DNA from: Escherichia phage tonn
Length of the DNA: 51,012 bases
Sequence record: NC_049815.1
Strand: one strand, 5' to 3'
Part shown: piece after piece, positions 45,367-51,012 of the stretch
How positions within the stretch are numbered: the stretch's first letter is position 1
Layout: the number at the start of each line of letters is the position of its first letter
The notes under the pieces: model-generated
What the model was told of the DNA's origin: nothing
Seen by the model: only the letters and a program-made list of their open reading frames with translations
Databases searched by the model: none
Position numbers and translations under genes: made by a program

Positions 45367-46027
45367 ACTTAACGTCGGAAGGTAAGAACGTGAATCGGCC
45401 TTTCAGAGATACAGAAAGGGAAACAGTTTCCATTTCGTTCATAGTTGTTTGCGGAATGTCATTAAAAGACAATACGCCAGCCCAGCAACGCATCTCTTTA
45501 GCTTTCGGCACGTACATACGCAAAGCGGTTACGTCGCCGGATTCCTCAGCCTCGCGCAAGATCGGATAAATCGGATTATCATATTCATGCGCGAAAGTAT
45601 AGGTAAGAGAAACGGCGCTCTTGTAGGTCGGCAACTGCTGTTCCTGGTCATCAGCCAAACACTGATAAGTGTAATACTGTTGCTCGCCGCCGTCCTGCGC
45701 AAGATCCTGTACGCAAGGAACCTCTACCCAAGATTTCACCTCTCGGAAAGTTGCTGTATTAGAACCAGCCGGAAATACGTTTTGATCGATTGTGTCTACA
45801 CCTTCAAGAGTTACGCTTGCGTTATCAGATACTTCTTTTACCCGCAACACACGACTAACCAGTTTACCCCAGGAAGACGTTTCAATCAGAACATAAGCAC
45901 CTTTTTTGATCTGCTGTGAATTACTAACAGTAAAAACCGGATCTTTAGCGTTTGAAATATCAGTAGCGCTAATTGGCTCACCCATATTAACGCCGATGAA
46001 AATTTGAGAACCATTAGGCAAGTGCAT
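45365..46027 (-). CDS. major tail protein
   Basis: 220 aa; upstream of G/GT chaperone and followed by terminator, the usual arrangement for the abundant tail tube protein. Confidence 0.65.
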   Translation of the reverse strand: MHLPNGSQIFIGVNMGEPISATDISNAKDPVFTVSNSQQIKKGAYVLIETSSWGKLVSRVLRVKEVSDNASVTLEGVDTIDQNVFPAGSNTATFREVKSWVEVPCVQDLAQDGGEQQYYTYQCLADDQEQQLPTYKSAVSLTYTFAHEYDNPIYPILREAEESGDVTALRMYVPKAKEMRCWAGVLSFNDIPQTTMNEMETVSLSVSLKGRFTFLPSDVK

Positions 46028-46029
46028 GA

Positions 46030-46464
46030 TTATTCCTCCTTTGTGTCAAGCCTAACACTGAAACGGATCGGTAAGAACCAACCTGTTTCACTTTTTAGTA
46101 ATGTGTGGACCTTTGCCCCATCGCTAATATAGCCAGTTTCAAACATTCTACCATCATAGAAAAATCTCGCAATCTCTTTAGCCAGCAAACGCGCTTTATC
46201 AGTGCCGCCGCCAGGAGGCATAACAATTCCAACCTGAACCAATCCGATATAAGAAACGCATTTTCTATCAAGAGATATGCGATCTGTGTCGGCTTCCATG
46301 TATTCAAATTTTAACCACATCGAACCATCACCAGGCGGAACAAAATCAACGTTTTCATAGGCGATCTTGAATCGTGATTCATATTCCGCCGCCAGCGCCT
46401 TACGCGCCGATAGCATTAATTCATAGTGACTCATGTTGAACTCCGTGATTTTTGTGGTATCCAA
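46030..46464 (-). CDS. tail terminator / tail completion protein (putative; start probably internal)
   Basis: position immediately upstream of major tail gene. Confidence 0.45.
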   Translation of the reverse strand: MDTTKITEFNMSHYELMLSARKALAAEYESRFKIAYENVDFVPPGDGSMWLKFEYMEADTDRISLDRKCVSYIGLVQVGIVMPPGGGTDKARLLAKEIARFFYDGRMFETGYISDGAKVHTLLKSETGWFLPIRFSVRLDTKEE

Positions 46465-46930
46465 AATTTAATTCTGCATCTTTTCTTGCTTTAGCAGCCT
46501 CATCAAAGCTAACAAAGAAACCTAAGTGCAACCTCTTTTTGTTGTGCATTATTTGAGCGTACCATTTCTTGTTTTTTCGATGATAGTAAACACCGGTAAC
46601 TCCGCTTGAGTTTCTTTTGTCGATTGTTTTGTTTCTCATGTTTCCAGATCTATCAACAATCCTTAGATTCTCAATTCTGTTGTCAGTTGTGTCGTGATTA
46701 ATATGGTCAATCTCCATGCCGTCAGGAATTGGCCCGTTGTGCATCTCCCAAACTATGCGATGAACCCTAAACTGACCGCCAAACATATTAACAACAACGT
46801 ATCCGCGATTATTTACATTTCCAGCTACGTCGCCAACAGAACAAGGATACTTACATTTTGACTGATCTTTAATCTGAATCTTCCAGTAAATAAGTCCATC
46901 TTTGTATGTGAATATATCATCATAGTGCAT
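46421..46930 (-). CDS. HNH homing endonuclease with AP2-like DNA-binding domain
   Basis: HNH block IDHINHDTTDNRIENLRIV...N, and YYHRKNKKWYAQI...LGFF AP2-like block; overlaps both neighbours. Confidence 0.8.
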   Translation of the reverse strand: MHYDDIFTYKDGLIYWKIQIKDQSKCKYPCSVGDVAGNVNNRGYVVVNMFGGQFRVHRIVWEMHNGPIPDGMEIDHINHDTTDNRIENLRIVDRSGNMRNKTIDKRNSSGVTGVYYHRKNKKWYAQIMHNKKRLHLGFFVSFDEAAKARKDAELNFGYHKNHGVQHESL

Positions 46931-47363
46931 TTTTATCCCTCGACTCTTTTATTGCTTCAGCCATATAAGATCTCAACTTAACCGCGACAATCCCAAGCAC
47001 ACCCGCTGGCGCTTGTTTTGAATGACCGTACTCAAGTACGTTAGCGTAAATAAGCATATTTGAAAAATAAATGGCCCTTACTGCGCCGCCACCTCGTAAC
47101 ATTGCGTATATAGCTCGCTTACCTTCCGCGATCGTTTTGTCGCCGTGCTTATCGTACTGGTTAAGCGCATACAATGGCGGCTTGTTTGCTGTTACCTGCC
47201 AGTTTGCACGGTAACGACCAGTATCAACCGGAGAACGCTTAACAAGGTCTGTATGCACTTTTTCGGCGAATAACTCCACGCAATCCTTTAGTCCACTATC
47301 AACGGCGTTTATCCACGCATCAATGTTGCCGTGAAATTCCCTTATCGTATAGTTTTTAGCCAT
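46920..47363 (-). CDS. head-tail joining / tail completion protein (putative)
   Basis: 147 aa; position in connector module. Confidence 0.45.
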   Translation of the reverse strand: MAKNYTIREFHGNIDAWINAVDSGLKDCVELFAEKVHTDLVKRSPVDTGRYRANWQVTANKPPLYALNQYDKHGDKTIAEGKRAIYAMLRGGGAVRAIYFSNMLIYANVLEYGHSKQAPAGVLGIVAVKLRSYMAEAIKESRDKNAL

Positions 47364-47733
47364 GCACAGAAATCCTTCTCAAAATAGGCCGATAAGCAAC
47401 TGTGACATTGGTTTGTCTGATTGGTCTTGCTTCAACTACAACATATAATTCACCATCAACATCAATATGATACCCGTTCTTAATTTCAACTTTATTGTTA
47501 AAAGCTCCCAACTTATCAGTTACTCGTATTGTTTCTCCGTCAACCTCGCGTACTTTTGGTGAGCGAATTAAACCCTTAATCATTACACTGATCTCTGGCT
47601 TTTCTACTTCTTCGCCTCCGATGATTTCAACGCTTCCACGCTGCGTTATGCACTTAAACTCACCGTTGCCATCACTAAAGAAGTTAATTCCTTCAGTTGC
47701 CATTCTTGCGATCTCGTTATAGTTCATTTGCAA
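47356..47733 (-). CDS. head-tail connector protein (putative)
   Basis: 125 aa; overlapping neighbours in connector module. Confidence 0.45.
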   Translation of the reverse strand: MQMNYNEIARMATEGINFFSDGNGEFKCITQRGSVEIIGGEEVEKPEISVMIKGLIRSPKVREVDGETIRVTDKLGAFNNKVEIKNGYHIDVDGELYVVVEARPIRQTNVTVAYRPILRRISVHG

Positions 47734-48140
47734 CGCCTCCTAAATCCAGTCACAAGACCAAATCCACCGCCTTTCTTACGATTTAGCGTTTCGTACATTT
47801 TCCCCCAGGGAGTTTGTCTAATATCTTTTCCGCCAGAGTCGCCTGACACTCGATCAAAAGTCTGGCTAAATTCACCAGTCAGTGAAAATGACGCAACTCG
47901 CCGCGAGTAACTTTCTACGCTTTCCCCTTCTTGCTTCATGGCTCCATCAAGCGTCATAAGGTGCAACGTATAAAGAGCAACCGCTTTAGGATATGACTCT
48001 TTAAACCGCTTCTTGCAAACAAATTCCTTTGCAAGCTCAATCCATGACACCATTAAATCTGGATCAATCTGCTTCATCGGTGGCGCTAATTTCACGATTT
48101 GCTGCGTGATTTCTGCGTCAGTGAAAAATTCATCAACCAT
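47724..48140 (-). CDS. head-tail connector protein (putative)
   Basis: 138 aa. Confidence 0.45.
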   Translation of the reverse strand: MVDEFFTDAEITQQIVKLAPPMKQIDPDLMVSWIELAKEFVCKKRFKESYPKAVALYTLHLMTLDGAMKQEGESVESYSRRVASFSLTGEFSQTFDRVSGDSGGKDIRQTPWGKMYETLNRKKGGGFGLVTGFRRRCK

Positions 48141-48187
48141 TGTGTTTCCTCCAGATATGACAAAGGGCGCTTATAGCGCCCTCTTTA

Positions 48188-48460
48188 TTAATAGATGCCG
48201 CCGTCTTCAAGTTCGGCTTTGCTCTTGCCCTCTCGCGGGTCTTTTTTACGTTTGCTTGCTGCGCTCTGTTTGATTTCTTCGTTCAATGCGGAGTTATCTT
48301 TAACCTCCAGATCGCCTTTTGCAATTAGATATTCAAACGCGCTTGTTTTCAATTTTGATTCTTCTACGTCAAACTCTTTGCCTGGATGATAATGCTCACC
48401 ATCAACAATAATAAGGCATACGCCGGAAACCTTTAGCGTTACAGTTTTTTCTTTAGCCAT
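48188..48460 (-). CDS. hypothetical structural protein
   Basis: 90 aa; between major capsid terminator and connector genes. Confidence 0.45.
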   Translation of the reverse strand: MAKEKTVTLKVSGVCLIIVDGEHYHPGKEFDVEESKLKTSAFEYLIAKGDLEVKDNSALNEEIKQSAASKRKKDPREGKSKAELEDGGIY

Positions 48461-48474
48461 TTTATAACCTCCAA

Positions 48475-48503
48475 TAAAAAAGGGAATCCAGTTAAGGATT
48501 CCC
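48475..48503 (-). terminator. rho-independent terminator after major capsid gene
   Basis: GGGAATCC-agttaa-GGATTCCC followed by T6 on the - strand. Confidence 0.55.
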
Positions 48504-48516
48504 CAATGTTATACGA

Positions 48517-49491
48517 TTAACTTGATTTTTTCAAGCCAGTAATAAGCACTAGCGTAAACGGACGGTAAATCGTCAGGCCAGTACATTTTGAAGTGCAGGG
48601 AACTTTGAAATGCAGATCTTTTGGTTGCGCCGGAAGCATGTTAAATGCTTCTGGAATTTCGATCGACATGTTCATCGGGTCTTTCTCATATACCAGACAG
48701 CCTTTCGTTCCTGTGCCGTCAATATCCTCAAGCTCTGCGATCGAGTCAATGGCGATTCCGCTGTTTTGTTTCTGGAAGTATTCCAGATAACTTTCAGTGG
48801 TGTTTTCCATTCGAACGGAAAGAACCTTGCGCATAGACGGCGGAATCAGGATATTGGTTGCGCGGTGCTGACCATTGGTAATGGTCTGAATGGTTTCAAT
48901 AGCCTTTTCCAGTTCATCAGATGCCGCCTGTGGGAACTTGGTGTTTTCATCAGCGCTTAACCAGCCAGCTGACGTAATTTTTGTCAGGTTAGGATGTTCA
49001 AACACCGAAAGAATCTTATGCGGCTTTGAACCCTTAAACACCAGGCGGTTAACTTCCTGATCATGAGCGTTTTGCGCTGCGTTTGCCTTGCGAGTGGAAA
49101 GGCTCTTACCAGTACGCTGACCAGACTTGATTTCGTCAATTGAGATCAAGAACGCGTTACCCAAGCGGAAAACTTTACCGAATTCGCTAGACATCAGCGC
49201 GTCAACGGTCGGCAGGTCGTCGGTGTAATCAGCGATAATTTTTGCGTAACCAACTTTGTCAAACATCTGATATTCAAAAGTCTTATCAGTATCAGAAAGC
49301 TCATTAGTTACAGGGAATACACGAAGCGCAGAACCTGCCGGATATTCTTTCTCGTAAGCATCAGAGCGAATCTTATGCAGTTCTTTAGCGGCCCAAATAC
49401 CCATGTCGTACGCATCACCTTTAACGCCGCGAGTAGCCAGATAGCTAGAAACAATATCCGCATCTAGCTGATCAAATTTTTCTTTTTCCAT
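48517..49491 (-). CDS. major capsid protein
   Basis: 325 aa from ATG 49491 (GGAGGAAGAAA RBS); position after two small head genes; followed by terminator. Confidence 0.65.
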   Translation of the reverse strand: MEKEKFDQLDADIVSSYLATRGVKGDAYDMGIWAAKELHKIRSDAYEKEYPAGSALRVFPVTNELSDTDKTFEYQMFDKVGYAKIIADYTDDLPTVDALMSSEFGKVFRLGNAFLISIDEIKSGQRTGKSLSTRKANAAQNAHDQEVNRLVFKGSKPHKILSVFEHPNLTKITSAGWLSADENTKFPQAASDELEKAIETIQTITNGQHRATNILIPPSMRKVLSVRMENTTESYLEYFQKQNSGIAIDSIAELEDIDGTGTKGCLVYEKDPMNMSIEIPEAFNMLPAQPKDLHFKVPCTSKCTGLTIYRPFTLVLITGLKKSS

Positions 49492-49536
49492 TTTCTTCCT
49501 CCATATATAAAGGCTGTTAGTATGTAACGCCACAAT

Positions 49537-49555
49537 GATAGCATTTTTTGTTAAA
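49537..49555 (+). promoter_or_regulatory. degenerate 21-bp motif copy in antisense orientation upstream of major capsid gene
   Basis: GATAGCATTTTTTGTTAAA on + strand. Confidence 0.3.
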
Positions 49556-49574
49556 CGTGCAACATAATTTTGTG

Positions 49575-50021
49575 TTATGCGTTAATGCTTACCCCGACAA
49601 TATATGAATCATGATCAACCTTTACATGTTCGCCAGTAAAGATCCAACCAATCAGCAAGTCGCCTTCACTGTATGCTGCATCTCCATCTTGCGTTACAAA
49701 TACTTTGTCTCCATATTCTGGCGCTTCGCTCTCAGAAGTTAAGCACCACACAATACCTCGACTAACAACACTAACTGGATCGCCATCCTCATATATGCAC
49801 GAGCCCAGCGGCCTTACTGCCACGCCAATAACAAGATCCCCATTAATACTGGCTATTTTGTATCCATTTGTTATATGTGATAGTCGAACAATCTTACCTG
49901 GCGCAATAAATTCATCTCCGCACACGAAAGAACCGTTAATCACCATTATTGAAGAATCGACCATGCACCCTGGCGACTCAGCGCCAACAATGACTGAATA
50001 ATCACTCATAAGAAACTCCAA
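49575..50021 (-). CDS. head structural protein (paralog of 50056..50568; decoration-like?)
   Basis: shares GVAV, G.VW.L..E..AP.(F/Y)G.K and W(I)(A/F)TG blocks with upstream gene. Confidence 0.5.
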   Translation of the reverse strand: MEFLMSDYSVIVGAESPGCMVDSSIMVINGSFVCGDEFIAPGKIVRLSHITNGYKIASINGDLVIGVAVRPLGSCIYEDGDPVSVVSRGIVWCLTSESEAPEYGDKVFVTQDGDAAYSEGDLLIGWIFTGEHVKVDHDSYIVGVSINA

Positions 50022-50025
50022 ATAT

Positions 50026-50048
50026 AAAAAAGGCGCTCAGTGAGCGCC
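50026..50048 (-). terminator. terminator-like hairpin GGCGCTC-agt-GAGCGCC followed by T-run on - strand
   Basis: between the two paralogous head genes. Confidence 0.45.
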
Positions 50049-50055
50049 ATATTTA

Positions 50056-50568
50056 TTAACCTGCTGAAGATGCAGGAACTTTTTGCACCTGAACCTCTAC
50101 CAGCTTCAAGTCTTGAAACTTGGTAAAGTCACCAGTTGCGATCCAGTTTGTTTCGATAGTGCCAGACCCGGTATCAACCTGACCATCATCAGACAGTTTG
50201 ATTTTAGTGCCGAACGCTGGCGCGGTGGCGTCTTCAGCCAACATCCAAACACGCCCTTCAGTCATTACGTTGATTCCGCCGCCAGATTCATAAATCATTC
50301 GGCCGTCAGACGAAGTTGTCTGAAAGTGAGATCGAATTGCAACGCCGTAAGCCTTGCCGCTTGCCGCCATCGGCTTAATTAGCTTATTGCCCATAGCATC
50401 AACGCCGCCATGCTGGACTGCAACACCAACAAAAATGTTTTTGTTCTGGTTGCCTTGCGCATTCTCAAGAACACAAGCGCCATCAATATTATAAGCTGAA
50501 GTGTCAGAAACCTGACCAGGTAACGCACGAGACATTACAGCAAAATAACTTGCTCCAATTGTAGCCAT
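50056..50568 (-). CDS. head structural protein (paralog of 49575..50021)
   Basis: 170 aa; see paralog blocks above. Confidence 0.55.
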   Translation of the reverse strand: MATIGASYFAVMSRALPGQVSDTSAYNIDGACVLENAQGNQNKNIFVGVAVQHGGVDAMGNKLIKPMAASGKAYGVAIRSHFQTTSSDGRMIYESGGGINVMTEGRVWMLAEDATAPAFGTKIKLSDDGQVDTGSGTIETNWIATGDFTKFQDLKLVEVQVQKVPASSAG

Positions 50569-50580
50569 GTTTATTTCTCC

Positions 50581-51012
50581 TTATTTAAGTTTTTTCAAAC
50601 GCGCAGTCGGATCAAGGGAGTCGGTTTTTTCACTCTTGCCAGATTCGAAAGAATCGCCCTTAACAGATTTACGCTGCGCCGCCATTTTATCAGACTGCTT
50701 CGCAAGGTCAAAAGCTGTTTCAATATATGCATCGGCTTTTTCTGAAATATCGGCGCCGGTGACTTCTTTGACGTAAGCAACTTTGATCGCTTTGGCGTCC
50801 AAGCCGTCACACTTGATGCCAATTTCAGTTGCATCTGCAACCAGCTTGGCGTGTTCTTCTGCGTCAGTCTTTGCCTTCTTAACAGCTTCTGCAATCTGCT
50901 CCGGAATGCCATCGACTTTAGTTTTCAGGGCGTCGCGCTCGGCCTCAAGGCCATCAGCTTTTTCGGTTGCAGCTTTTGCATCTGCCTTTAACGCCTCAAT
51001 ATGATCAGCAAC
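50581..51012 (-). CDS. scaffold-like head protein, 3' part (ORF enters from beyond the window end)
   Basis: frame open from 51012 to stop at 50581 (144 codons); Ala/Lys/Glu/Asp-rich helical composition typical of scaffolding proteins. Confidence 0.5.
   Translation of the reverse strand, partial: VADHIEALKADAKAATEKADGLEAERDALKTKVDGIPEQIAEAVKKAKTDAEEHAKLVADATEIGIKCDGLDAKAIKVAYVKEVTGADISEKADAYIETAFDLAKQSDKMAAQRKSVKGDSFESGKSEKTDSLDPTARLKKLK

Noticed and set aside
45336-45569. 77-aa + strand ORF downstream of the antisense motif copy
   Set aside because: Starts inside the terminator hairpin and runs antisense through the major tail gene; not credible as a CDS.

Overview
The 51,012-bp window reads as a compact, virulent siphovirus genome of the T1-like (Drexlerviridae-type) kind, probably complete and circularly permuted; this identification is from gene content recalled from memory, since no database search could be run. 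Coding density is high and there is no rRNA, tRNA, CRISPR array, integrase or repressor/att module. One long leftward (- strand) unit runs from a consensus sigma70 promoter at ~13.3 kb through small early genes (13.25->5 kb), then terS-terL-portal-head morphogenesis (4.9->0.7 kb), and continues from the other window end (51.0->35.5 kb) through head proteins, major capsid, head-tail connectors, an HNH homing endonuclease, major tail protein, a G/GT frameshift chaperone, tape measure, and lambda-like M-L-K-I-J tail tip genes. Other blocks are rightward small early genes plus a methyltransferase-fold protein and a 526-aa P-loop NTPase (13.9-20.2 kb); a leftward pinholin/SAR-endolysin/unimolecular-spanin lysis cassette, Mre11-like phosphoesterase, Dam methylase, VRR-NUC nuclease and SF2 helicase (20.2-26.7 kb); rightward Cro-like HTH, primase and tail fibre genes (26.7-31.3 kb); leftward SSB, ERF-like annealing protein and exonuclease (31.3-33.9 kb); and a rightward lipoprotein block (34.3-35.5 kb). 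The most interesting signals are: (1) a 21-bp motif AAATAGCACTTTTTGTTAAAA present in at least 17 intergenic copies with a -10-like hexamer at fixed spacing, GC-rich hairpins and a shared leader element; (2) two homologous AT-rich noncoding regions at both divergent-transcription boundaries; (3) an atypical TRD-less cytosine-5 methyltransferase-fold gene in a small operon; (4) a 526-aa P-loop NTPase of unknown role; (5) split T4 Pnk-like kinase and phosphatase genes. No candidate could be confirmed as a new system from sequence alone.
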